Below are positions 9,286 through 18,839 of a DNA stretch of 64,000 bases, one piece after another. Source of the DNA: Syntrophales bacterium (GTDB lineage Bacteria; Desulfobacterota; Syntrophia; Syntrophales; PHBD01); contig OY764159.1 in the NCBI GenBank assembly GCA_963668175.1, positions 3,584,001 through 3,648,000 on the forward strand, in the 5' to 3' direction. The stretch's first letter is position 1; each line of letters starts with the position of its first letter. The position numbers and the translations under genes are program-made. The notes under the pieces are model-generated. The model saw only the letters and a program-made list of their open reading frames with translations, did no database searches and was not told where the DNA came from.

Positions 9286-10653
9286 ATGACCGCCCAAGAC
9301 GTCCTTCGGAAAGTGACAAAGCAGGCTGTAAGGCCTTGCGCGCTCCTCTGGGACGAATCCCTGGTCTGGGGCTTAATGGCACAGCGAGCCTTGACGGACG
9401 CCGGACTTCCCTTCGACATCGTCACCGCGGCGGATATACGCCGGGGAAAACTCAAACGTTACCGCATGATCTTTATCCCGGGCGGATGGGCATCCGACAA
9501 GCTGGAAGCACTGGGAAAAGAAGGCCGCGAAAATATCCGGCAGTTTGTCGAAAATGGCGGAAGCTATTTCGGAATATGCGGAGGCGCCGGGATGGCCACG
9601 GAAGAAGGGCTCGGACTTCTGCCGGTTGTCCGCAAGCCGATGGCGGAAAGGGTCCCCAGCTTCAGCGGCGGCATTCGCCTTACCTGTGAGGAACATGCCA
9701 TCTGGAACGGCATCGACACGCCTGACTTTCATGCCTGGTGGCCGTCACAGCTGCAAGTTGCAGCCGGGGATGCAGACGTTCTCGCCGTGTACGAAAGTCC
9801 CCTGAATGATGCTTTCACTTCCGATATAGCGCTTGAATATGGCAAAGCAATCGGGTGGTCAGAGATGGAGCATAGTTACGGCATCCTTCTGGATCCCGCC
9901 CGCCTCCGGGGGGAACCGGCGGTGGTTGCGGGATGTTACGGCCTTGGCAAGGTCATCCTTTCCCTGATCCATTTCGACACGCCGGGCGATCGCAACGGCG
10001 CCATCGCCTTGAGAAACATATGGCATCTCTTGTCCTCATACGTTCCGTCGCATCATCAGGAAAACAGCGAACGGCCGACAAGCGAACCGACCACGAAGCT
10101 GTCACCGGAGTTATTTCAAACGACCGAGGAAATAAGAGAGACGGTAGAGGGGTTTGTGGAGTTCGGCGTTAGAAATTTCCTCTGGCACCGGCGGAATCCG
10201 CTGCTGCTCCAATGGCGGCGCGGCGTCAGGGGCATGGAATACTCGACCTTGATGGCAATGACAAGAGAGATTCTGGCATATGCCGCCATGCCGCATCATG
10301 ATCGTGAGCGGGTATCGAACAGGCAGCCGGGCTGCATGACGGAGACACAACTGAGAGATGCTCTCGCAGACATCAAGAAAAAACTGATCCCTTTTATCGA
10401 AAAGGCCGAGAAGCTCCTCGTCCGAGAACGGCTCTACATGCAATCCTCTTGCCTGTCGCCTTTGAACAGCGGGGACGAGGAGATCAACCGCCTCAGAAAG
10501 GAACTTTTCGCATCGGCGATGAGTCACGGAGGCGAGTTCAAATGCCTTATCGATGCGGTTGACCGCCTGCTCCTGAGACTGATGAAAGAAACCGGCACCA
10601 TTCAGCACCTGCCCGCCGGGAAGCCGCCTGACTTACCTGCCGCTGAATCTTGA
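9286..10653 (+). CDS. BPL-N-domain (class I glutamine amidotransferase-like) protein without a ligase domain
   Basis: IFIPGG and GGSYFGICGGA nucleophile-elbow motif; GGAG RBS. Confidence 0.65.
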   Translation: MTAQDVLRKVTKQAVRPCALLWDESLVWGLMAQRALTDAGLPFDIVTAADIRRGKLKRYRMIFIPGGWASDKLEALGKEGRENIRQFVENGGSYFGICGGAGMATEEGLGLLPVVRKPMAERVPSFSGGIRLTCEEHAIWNGIDTPDFHAWWPSQLQVAAGDADVLAVYESPLNDAFTSDIALEYGKAIGWSEMEHSYGILLDPARLRGEPAVVAGCYGLGKVILSLIHFDTPGDRNGAIALRNIWHLLSSYVPSHHQENSERPTSEPTTKLSPELFQTTEEIRETVEGFVEFGVRNFLWHRRNPLLLQWRRGVRGMEYSTLMAMTREILAYAAMPHHDRERVSNRQPGCMTETQLRDALADIKKKLIPFIEKAEKLLVRERLYMQSSCLSPLNSGDEEINRLRKELFASAMSHGGEFKCLIDAVDRLLLRLMKETGTIQHLPAGKPPDLPAAES

Positions 10654-10674
10654 GGACTGCTGCGGCTGCGGTCT

Positions 10675-10881
10675 TCACGGCCCCTTTGGGCCATCCGTCC
10701 TGTTCTTTCGCCGCCGGGGCGTCCGGATCGCGAGGGAGCGGAACGCGTCGCGGCTGTCCGTTTCCTTGATGCGTTTCATCATGTCGTCAATTTCTTCCTC
10801 ATCGATACTGCCGCGCTCTTCCATAAAATACCATACGGCGCTGCGGCCCGAATGCTTGCCCAGGACGATCCGGCCCGATCT
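10675..10881 (-). pseudogene. Fragment of a LeuA/homocitrate synthase-family gene (post-catalytic region)
   Basis: The frame reads *RSGRIVLGKHSGRSAVWYFMEERGSIDEEEIDDMMKRIKE...; RIVLGKHSGR is the LeuA/NifV motif; in-frame TAA at 10882-10884 just upstream and no start codon before the motif. Confidence 0.55.
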
Positions 10882-11352
10882 TTATCGGGACGCAAATGAA
10901 AGCGATGTCCCGTTTGTCCAACAGCCGACAAATACCCTCCGGGTCCGGAAACCACGGACAGTCGACAATGCGGGAAGCAATAACAGGTATGCCCGTGCCG
11001 ATCGCTTTGCCCGCAATACCTCACCCATGCGGGAACGGCCCTTGCCATGTTCCTCAGACAGGAGGACTCCTCAATGATACATATTCTTCAAAAAGGAAAA
11101 TCGCGGGATGCTCCGTATCCTATATTGATTGACGCGGAGGAAAATAAGACGCTTTTATGGATGAGTTCGACATTTCTCACGCATGGTCGATTGCGCCCGA
11201 CTCTCTTTAGTCCGGCTGCTTGAGACATGAAGGATATTTCAAGGGTATTTAAAAACGACAGGACTTGCGGCACCAAAAGCGGTATATTACTTTTATTGCG
11301 GGGGCATGGGTCGGCTCGCGACGGCCCCGAAAAACGATTGTACGTGGTGCAG

Positions 11353-12726
11353 ATGGCGGCTTTCAACGAACAACGCATCGATGTGACGCAAGGGAATATC
11401 TGGACCGGCATCTGGAGACTCTCCTGGCCGATGCTGGTCATCATGATCTTCAGTTTCCTCGTCGGCTTTACCGACGTCTACGTCGCCGGGTTCTTGGGTC
11501 CCGACGTCCAGGCGGCCGTCGGTTTCGCCACGCAGATATTCTTCCTCGTCGTCATCATTGCCAATGCCATCGCCATCGGCACGCTTGCATTGATATCGCG
11601 CGCCATCGGCGCCGGGGACGGGGAACGGGCGGTCGCCGTCGCCAAACAGTCCCTCATCCTCAGTTTCCTGATCGCCGTCGCCATCACGGCCGTCTGTCTC
11701 CTATTTTACCGCAGCATCATTGCCGTTGCGGGTTTCCCGGAGCCCATCAGGATCATCGCCGAAACATTCATCAGAATTTTTGCCTTCGCCCTGGGAGCCC
11801 ATTACATTCTCATCGTCTCCAACGCCGTCTTCCGCGCCAGCGGCGAAGTGAACAAGCCGCTCGTCACGATGATCATCATCTGCATCGTCAACATCGTCCT
11901 CGACTTCTGCCTCGTCTTCGGCATCGGCCCCTTTCCCAGACTAGGCTATGCCGGGATCGCTTTTTCAACCGCCATCGCCACCATCTCTGGAACCTCCGTC
12001 AACCTTCTTTTTCTTGCCAAAAGTCCGCGTTGGCGGGCCGTCTACGGCAGGCCGTTCGCCCTGTCACTGGAGACCGTCAAGACGATCCTCGGCATCGGAT
12101 GGCCTGCAGCCTTTCTGCAGATCGCCTGGAACCTGACCAGCATCGCCCTCTACAATATCCTGGGGAGACTTCACGAATCGAGCATCGTCGCCCTCGCGTC
12201 CCTCACGAACGGCCTGAGAATCGAAGCGATTATCTATCTTCCCGCTTTCGCCCTCAATATGGCCGCATCGGTCGTTACGGGCCAGAATCTCGGCGCAGAA
12301 GATCCTGACCGCGCTGAAAGGATGTGCTGGAAAATAGCCCTGGCGGGTGTCGGGATCAGCGGCGCTATGGCCCTGGTGATCTTTGTCCGGGCGGAGCAAT
12401 GCGCCGCCGTCTTGACTGCAGACCCGGCCGTCATCGCGGAAACGGCGAGGTACCTCAGGTACAATATGATCGCCGAACCCTTCCTCGCTTTGAGCACGGT
12501 CATGGGAGGGGGCCTGCAGGGGGCCGGCGACACCCGGGGGACCATGTGGGTGATCGTCGTCTCCATGTGGCTGGTCCGGCTTCCGCTCGCATCGTTTCTT
12601 GCGATTGTGATGGGATGGGGAGCACCGGGCGTATGGACCGCCATGCTCGTTTCCATGATCTGCCAGAGCATCATGATGGCCTGGTGGTTCAGGCTGGGGC
12701 GATGGAAAAAGTTAAAATTGCATTAA
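11353..12726 (+). CDS. MATE family efflux transporter
   Basis: About 12 TM with two-repeat MATE motifs (LSWP, TDVYVAGFLG, FRASG, NIVLD, GQNLGA, GAGDT); start assigned to ATG 11353. Confidence 0.93.
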   Translation: MAAFNEQRIDVTQGNIWTGIWRLSWPMLVIMIFSFLVGFTDVYVAGFLGPDVQAAVGFATQIFFLVVIIANAIAIGTLALISRAIGAGDGERAVAVAKQSLILSFLIAVAITAVCLLFYRSIIAVAGFPEPIRIIAETFIRIFAFALGAHYILIVSNAVFRASGEVNKPLVTMIIICIVNIVLDFCLVFGIGPFPRLGYAGIAFSTAIATISGTSVNLLFLAKSPRWRAVYGRPFALSLETVKTILGIGWPAAFLQIAWNLTSIALYNILGRLHESSIVALASLTNGLRIEAIIYLPAFALNMAASVVTGQNLGAEDPDRAERMCWKIALAGVGISGAMALVIFVRAEQCAAVLTADPAVIAETARYLRYNMIAEPFLALSTVMGGGLQGAGDTRGTMWVIVVSMWLVRLPLASFLAIVMGWGAPGVWTAMLVSMICQSIMMAWWFRLGRWKKLKLH

Positions 12727-12786
12727 GGACGCGGAAGGGATTATTCTTTCTTGAGAGATTCCAAGGCGGGAAGAGAGGAGGACTCC

Positions 12787-14004
12787 ATGCTGACACTGTT
12801 CAATTCCCTTGGTAAAAAGATGGAAGTATTTACGCCCGTCAACGCCGGTGTCGTGAATATCTTTACTTGCGGCCCTTCGGTTTACCAGCGGGCCCACATC
12901 GGCAACCATCGCACCTTTCTCTTCGAGGACATCCTGGTCCGATACCTGGAATACTCGGGATACAAGGTCCGCCGGGGCATGAATTTCACGGACATTGAGG
13001 ACAAGGCCCTGATCGAGGCCCATAAGAGAAAGATGCCTCTTGCCGCCCTGACTTCAGCGAACATTGAAACCTTCCTGGGCGAGATGAAGGCGCTCAGGAT
13101 GAAGGTGCCCGATTATCTGCCCCGCGCCTCGGAGCATGTGGACGAGGCCCTCCGGATCATCGACCGGCTCATCGAAAAGGGCGTCGCCTACCGCCACGGC
13201 GGCAACGTCTATTTCGATCCGCTGAAATTCCCCGGTTTCGGGAAGATCTACGGCCTCGACATGACGACATGGCCTGCCAGGAGGGTCCGATTCCACCGGG
13301 ATACATACAACGGGCTCCGCTGGAACCGGGGCGATTTCATCCTCTGGCACGGCTGCGGGACCGCGGACCGCGTCTGCTGGGATTCGTCCGTCGGCAGCGG
13401 CTGGCCCGCCTGGAATATCCAGGACCCGAGCATGGTCGGCCACTATTTCGACGAGACGTTGTCCGTCTATTGCGGCGGCATCGACAATCTCATCCGCCAT
13501 CACGATTACTCCGCCGCCGTGCTCGAATCGATCCGGCCCTATCCGATGGCGAAGTTCTGGCTTCACGGCCAGCATCTCTTCGTCAACGGCAGGAAAATGT
13601 CCAAGAGTACCGGCAATCTCCTCTACACGGACGAACTCGAAAAGCAGGGATATAACATGGAGGAAATCCGCTTCTTCCTCGTCTACGGCCATTATCGGAA
13701 TCGTATGAATTATCGGGATCGGACTATGGAAGAAAGGGCGAATCTTCTGAGGAACATCAAGAAACGGATTGGAGCGATAGGCGCGGTGGCCGGCGGCAAG
13801 GCGGAAACGCAGGGGGATGCAGGCCTCAAGTTGAAAGAGATTTTCAGGATACGCATGGACGACGACCTCGATGTGAAGGGAGCCGTCGACGGCATCGGCG
13901 ACATTCTGATGAAAACGTATCCCGATCGGCTTAAGGCAGGTGAAGCGACATCCCTTATGGAGGCCGTCAAGGAAATCGACGGCGTCCTGCAGGTTCTGCT
14001 TTAA
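12787..14004 (+). CDS. Cysteinyl-tRNA synthetase-like protein (degenerate, truncated paralog)
   Basis: TCGPSVY, HIGN, NFTDIEDK and KMSKSTGN present; WHIECSAM is replaced by WNIQDPSM and FPHHENE by IRHHDYS; the protein ends after the DALR-like helices; GAGGAGG RBS. Confidence 0.85.
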   Translation: MLTLFNSLGKKMEVFTPVNAGVVNIFTCGPSVYQRAHIGNHRTFLFEDILVRYLEYSGYKVRRGMNFTDIEDKALIEAHKRKMPLAALTSANIETFLGEMKALRMKVPDYLPRASEHVDEALRIIDRLIEKGVAYRHGGNVYFDPLKFPGFGKIYGLDMTTWPARRVRFHRDTYNGLRWNRGDFILWHGCGTADRVCWDSSVGSGWPAWNIQDPSMVGHYFDETLSVYCGGIDNLIRHHDYSAAVLESIRPYPMAKFWLHGQHLFVNGRKMSKSTGNLLYTDELEKQGYNMEEIRFFLVYGHYRNRMNYRDRTMEERANLLRNIKKRIGAIGAVAGGKAETQGDAGLKLKEIFRIRMDDDLDVKGAVDGIGDILMKTYPDRLKAGEATSLMEAVKEIDGVLQVLL

Positions 14005-14099
14005 GGAACGTTTTACGGATCGGCCGATGCGACGGCACTGCTGCAATAATATCTACCGGGGTCGATACGGAACGGAATGTAAAGGACGGGGGCCTATCG

Positions 14100-15128
14100 T
14101 CATGGGCCCGACGAGGGGGCTCGCTCATCGATCTTGACTTCGGGCGGCTTGGGCCTGTTTTTTCTCTGATTCACCAGGTTCTGCCTGTACTGAACGTAGG
14201 CATCGCGGACCGCTACATAGGGGTCGATGGCGGCCTGTTTGAGAGATTCATAGTCTCCCAGCGTGAGGGAGACATCGTTCAGCTTCTGATAGCTCCTGAC
14301 GGGCAGCCAGAAATACCACGGTTCAAGATATGAAACGGGATAGAGGAAATACTCCCCTACAAAACCCACCGAATCGCGCGGACTGGAGGGCCCGAGCACC
14401 GGCCACATGATGAAGAACCCATGTCCGATCCCGTAAACGCCCAAGGTCTGCCCGAAATCGACATCCTGCTTTTTGAGATTGATTTCCGGCAAGGAGGCGG
14501 GATCGAAAAAGCCTCCGATCCCCATCGTTGTATTGACAACGAACCGCCCTAATTCCGTCCCCGTGCATTTAAGGTCCGCCTGCAGGAGGCAGTTGGCAAA
14601 GCGGATCGGAAAGTAGAGGTTGGAAAAGAAATTCTGGATGCTGACCCTGAAGCCTTCGGGAGCAATTATATTGTACCCTTGGGCCACGGGCTTCATCACC
14701 CAAAAGTAGAGTCTATCATTGAAAGTGAACATGGCCCGGTTGAAGGATTCGATGGGATCGGAAACCGGTGCAGCCAATGCATTCTCATCCTGCACGTCTT
14801 TCTTCGCCGGGACGTCCTGGGCGGCTGGGCCGACGTCGTCTTCCTCTTTATAATCGCTTAAGTCCTGTTTTTCCTCCCGGCCAGACTTCTGGGCGGTCGA
14901 GGAAGCTTCTTTTACACCGACGGCTTCGCCCTTGGGGTTCACCGCCGTGCCGGACGGGTCTGGCGTAAGCGTTTCCTGCTTTGCAATAACCGGCGCCGGC
15001 TGGGCAGGGGACGGCTGCGGAAGAGGCGTACGGTTAGGGTCATGGGCGCATCCCGTGGCGAGAATAAACGGCAGAAGCATCATTCCGAGTAAACGTTTCA
15101 CCAAGGGGATGTCCATATCAGTCTTCAC
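14100..15128 (-). CDS. mlaA: MlaA/VacJ lipoprotein
   Basis: Lipobox ATGC; DPIESFNRAMFTFND, RFVVNTTMGIGG, DFGQTLG, PVLGPSSPRD, DPYVAVRDAY. Confidence 0.93.
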   Translation of the reverse strand: MKTDMDIPLVKRLLGMMLLPFILATGCAHDPNRTPLPQPSPAQPAPVIAKQETLTPDPSGTAVNPKGEAVGVKEASSTAQKSGREEKQDLSDYKEEDDVGPAAQDVPAKKDVQDENALAAPVSDPIESFNRAMFTFNDRLYFWVMKPVAQGYNIIAPEGFRVSIQNFFSNLYFPIRFANCLLQADLKCTGTELGRFVVNTTMGIGGFFDPASLPEINLKKQDVDFGQTLGVYGIGHGFFIMWPVLGPSSPRDSVGFVGEYFLYPVSYLEPWYFWLPVRSYQKLNDVSLTLGDYESLKQAAIDPYVAVRDAYVQYRQNLVNQRKNRPKPPEVKIDERAPSSGP

Positions 15129-15149
15129 TTCCGTGAAACATCGTCCACG

Positions 15150-15749
15150 TCAATCCTTTTGCGATTTAACTTTATCGCGTAGGATCTGAAGCAGTTGATC
15201 GGGTGAATTTTTTGCCAGGATGTCGTTGAACTGGGTTCGGTAGTTCATGACCAGGCTGATGTTCTCAACGACCACGTCGTACACCTTCCAGGTGCCGTTT
15301 GCAAGAATCATCCGATAGTAAATAGGGACCTCCTTCGAAGCGGTGACAATCTTGGTCTGGACCTCGACCTGGTTGCCGGAGAGAGGCAACTCTTTCGTGA
15401 ATACGACTTTCTCGTTGCTGTACGAGAGGATTCTGTCGGCATAAGCCTTTTCCAGGATCTGGTGGAAGAGATGAACGAATTCCTTCCTCTGGGATTCGTT
15501 AAGCCTGTTCCAGTTCTTCGCCAGAGTCCGCTTGGCGAGTTCGACTTCATCGAACATGGCATTGTATATGACCGTCAGTTTCTGTATTTTCTGTTCCTTC
15601 GCCGAAGCCGCCTTGAGCTTCGGATCGCGGAGCACTTCAAATACTTTATTGACGTTGACCTGAACGGTATCCAGCGGCACGCCGCCATATACCGGCAACG
15701 ACGCTAAAAAGACGACGATAACGATCAATCCTGCAACCCGCGTTTTCAT
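15150..15749 (-). CDS. mlaC: MlaC/Ttg2D periplasmic phospholipid carrier
   Basis: Signal peptide; WKVYDVVVENISLVMNYRTQF. Confidence 0.93.
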   Translation of the reverse strand: MKTRVAGLIVIVVFLASLPVYGGVPLDTVQVNVNKVFEVLRDPKLKAASAKEQKIQKLTVIYNAMFDEVELAKRTLAKNWNRLNESQRKEFVHLFHQILEKAYADRILSYSNEKVVFTKELPLSGNQVEVQTKIVTASKEVPIYYRMILANGTWKVYDVVVENISLVMNYRTQFNDILAKNSPDQLLQILRDKVKSQKD

Positions 15750-15777
15750 GAATGACCCCCTTTTTGCAATTCCTTGA

Positions 15778-16239
15778 CTATTGCTGCTGCTTCTTCACGT
15801 CCCCAAAGGCATACTTGGCTATAAGATCCGAGATATTCACGGCCGGCTGCGTTTCGGTGATGGTATCTCCCGGTTTGAGGAGGTTGCCCGCCCCTCCGGG
15901 TTCGATGCTGAGGTACATGTCGCCGATCAGCCCTTCCGTCTTGATGGAGGCAATAGCATCGTCATAGATATTGATGCCCTTCTTAATCCTCATTTCAACT
16001 ACGGCCGTCTGGGTTTTTTGGTCCATACTGAGGTTTTCCACCCGCCCGACCTCTATTCCCGCAATATAAACAATGCCTCCGACCCGTAAGCCCGTTACCG
16101 ACGTGAAACGGCCGAACAGCGAATAGGAATTGTCGCCCAGAAAATTGAAATGGCCGAGCTTGACCGTCATGTAGCCTATGCAAAGCAGACCGATCACCAG
16201 AAAGATACCCACTGTCGTTTCCATACTGTATTTCTTCAT
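15778..16239 (-). CDS. mlaD: MlaD MCE-domain protein
   Basis: ETTVGIF TM segment, GLRVGGIVYIAGIEVGRV, SIKTEGLIGDMYLSIEPGG. Confidence 0.93.
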   Translation of the reverse strand: MKKYSMETTVGIFLVIGLLCIGYMTVKLGHFNFLGDNSYSLFGRFTSVTGLRVGGIVYIAGIEVGRVENLSMDQKTQTAVVEMRIKKGINIYDDAIASIKTEGLIGDMYLSIEPGGAGNLLKPGDTITETQPAVNISDLIAKYAFGDVKKQQQ

Positions 16240-16243
16240 TTGC

Positions 16244-17503
16244 TCACACCTCCGCGGCACATCTGAGCCTGCCGATCTCTTTCTGTTTCATTCTCGCCAA
16301 TTCGATAACAGCCTCTAACTCCTCGATGGGCCTGCCCTCCGCCAGTCCGGCGCGAACGATCAAGTCAACGCATTCACCCGCATTCAAATGGTTATGGGCG
16401 CCATCCATGATTTTGCGAATGCCCTGATCCTGCAAATCGGCGATAAAATCCTTCAGGATGTCCTCGGCCTCCGCAAGATTGGAGTAAGGCAGAATTGTCA
16501 CGAATTCATTGAGGCTGCTGCGTGTCGAAAAGCCGCCGATGGCGCCGAAATGCTTGTTGATATACTCGCCCATGGCGAACAACGTCTCCTGGGCGACATC
16601 GTGGCCGAGGACGGTGACGACGGCATCGAGGGCGATCAGCGTGAAAACGACGATCGCGTAAGTCTCCTCGCGGGCGCCATGCTGCTTTAAAAGATGATAG
16701 TATTGGGCATTGAACTGATGCTTCGAGTAAAGCCCCGTCAGTTCCTTCTGCAATCCTTCCAGGCTCTTGATCACTTCGTCTTTGAAGGGATGGTCGAAGT
16801 ATTCCAGTTCTTCGGGCGTGCCCTGAAAAACGATGGAACGGTCGTAAAGGGCGAGAATACGATTGGAAATGAAGTAGACATCCGGAATCTCGTGGCTGAC
16901 GACAACGGCCGTGAAGCCGAATTTCCTCTGATACTGGGCGATCATACCGAGAATGGCGTTTTTCCTGATAGGGTCCTGTCCGGACGTGGGCTCGTCGAAA
17001 AGAACGATCTGCGGCTCGGTCACCAGCGCCCTCGCCAGGGCCACCCGCTTCTGCATGCCTCCGGACAGTTCGGAAGGATATCTATAAGCAGCATCCGTGA
17101 GTTCCACCTGCTCCATCCTGGCCGCAACCATGCGTTCTATTTCACTTTTCTTCAGATTGGTTGTTTCTCTGAGCGGCAAGGCAATGTTGTCGACAACGCT
17201 CATGGAATCGAACAGGGCGTTGTCCTGGAACATATAACTCATTTTTGCCAGAAAAGCGGACCTCTCATTTTTTTTCATATCGGCGATGGGCCTTCCCCGG
17301 AAGAGAATTGTCCCCTCGTCGGGTTTCAAAAGCCCGATAATATGTTTTAAAAGGACGCTCTTGCCGCCGCCGGACAGGCCGATGATCGTCGTGACCTGCC
17401 CTTCGAATATCTTGAGATTGACCTGATCGAGGACGGTCCGGTCTCCAAAGCGTTTGGTGACATTCTGGAATTCAATTAACGGCGTTTCCATGGGCTCCTT
17501 CAC
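16244..17503 (-). CDS. mlaF: MlaF ABC ATPase with a C-terminal degenerate GGDEF-like domain
   Basis: Walker A GLSGGGKS, FQDNALFDS, LSGGMQKRVALARA, FDEPT; plus about 165 extra C-terminal residues. Confidence 0.88.
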   Translation of the reverse strand: MKEPMETPLIEFQNVTKRFGDRTVLDQVNLKIFEGQVTTIIGLSGGGKSVLLKHIIGLLKPDEGTILFRGRPIADMKKNERSAFLAKMSYMFQDNALFDSMSVVDNIALPLRETTNLKKSEIERMVAARMEQVELTDAAYRYPSELSGGMQKRVALARALVTEPQIVLFDEPTSGQDPIRKNAILGMIAQYQRKFGFTAVVVSHEIPDVYFISNRILALYDRSIVFQGTPEELEYFDHPFKDEVIKSLEGLQKELTGLYSKHQFNAQYYHLLKQHGAREETYAIVVFTLIALDAVVTVLGHDVAQETLFAMGEYINKHFGAIGGFSTRSSLNEFVTILPYSNLAEAEDILKDFIADLQDQGIRKIMDGAHNHLNAGECVDLIVRAGLAEGRPIEELEAVIELARMKQKEIGRLRCAAEV

Positions 17504-18360
17504 ATCAAGAACGACGTCACGACGTAGTCGGACACCAGGATAAGCACACAGGATACAACGACCGCCGACGTCGTGGCAAGACCGACCGCCTTGGCCCCGT
17601 GGCTGTCGGTCCTCATATGGGCGAAATACCCCTGGTAACAGCAGACGGTGGAAACGATGAAGGCAAAGACCACGGCCTTGATGAGGCCGTCCGTGACATC
17701 CTTCATGGCCATGCTGGCCTGGATACGGTAAAAATAGGTGCCGGCGTTGGCCCCAAGAATCAGGACTCCGGACAGATAGCCGCCGACAATACCGATGAGG
17801 TCGAAGATAGCCGTAAGCAGCGGAAAACTGATAACGGCCGCCGCTATCCTCGGGCTTACAAGAAACCGGAGGGGATCGATCCGCATGGTCTCCAGGGCGT
17901 CGATCTGCTCGGAGATTCTCTGGATGCCGATCTCGGCGCTGATGGCCGATCCGGCCCTGGCGGCGATCATGATGGCCGTAAGGACCGGTCCCAATTCCCG
18001 GACAAGAGAGAGGGAAACCAGTATCCCCAAAGCTCCCTGGGCGCCGACTTTGACCAGGGCATAGTAGGATTGAAGACCGAGGACCATGCCGGTGAACAGA
18101 CCGACGAGCATGATGATCATCATGGACCTCGCCCCGATGTGATAGATCTGCTGAAATATCTTGGACATCTGTTTCGGCCGGAAGATCTTCACGAGCGCCA
18201 GCACAAGAAAGATCGCCGAAGCGCCGAGATGATTGCTCCAGTTAATGGCGGTTCTGCCGAAGAACGCAAAAGGCTGAGACAATGCCACCGCAATGGATTT
18301 CCCTGCTGTGTCTTCGGCGCTATTCATGTCCGTATAGGAGGGGGTTGGAGAAGATCCCAT
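17500..18360 (-). CDS. mlaE: MlaE permease
   Basis: VRELGPVLTA, GSAISAEIG, EQIDALETM, VGLATTSAVV. Confidence 0.95.
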   Translation of the reverse strand: MGSSPTPSYTDMNSAEDTAGKSIAVALSQPFAFFGRTAINWSNHLGASAIFLVLALVKIFRPKQMSKIFQQIYHIGARSMMIIMLVGLFTGMVLGLQSYYALVKVGAQGALGILVSLSLVRELGPVLTAIMIAARAGSAISAEIGIQRISEQIDALETMRIDPLRFLVSPRIAAAVISFPLLTAIFDLIGIVGGYLSGVLILGANAGTYFYRIQASMAMKDVTDGLIKAVVFAFIVSTVCCYQGYFAHMRTDSHGAKAVGLATTSAVVVSCVLILVSDYVVTSFLM

Positions 18361-18839
18361 CGACCATCATATCCTTTTCGTAAGCAGATTCCTTCTCGTT
18401 CATCTCTCTTTCTGCTGATCAGCAGCCCATTAGCCTGTTAATATATATCCAATTTTATATTTATTTCAAGTAGGCAAAGCGTCTTTATCACATTTCGCGC
18501 CGCGTCAATGAAAAAAGATGTCATTTTTCGTTAAGTCACTGAGAAAAATGAAAAAACAGACATGGAAATCAACAAAAGAAGGTTGTCCGGCGTATACGTA
18601 CCTCCTCGTTCAGGGAATAATCGCCGACACACAGCGGAAGGCGATCCCTACCAAGCCGCCATGAAGCCATACCCGCCTGCCGCTCCCCGGTAGCTTGAGC
18701 CGGTCCATTTCTCCTGCGAGTATATCCTTGAGTGCGGCACTTTTTTAAAGGGAATCCGGCCCACCCGGGCAGGGATGGGAATCCCGACCTGGAAGGACCG
18801 GACGAAAGAAAGGGATTATTGGCGTGAATATTGATGATT

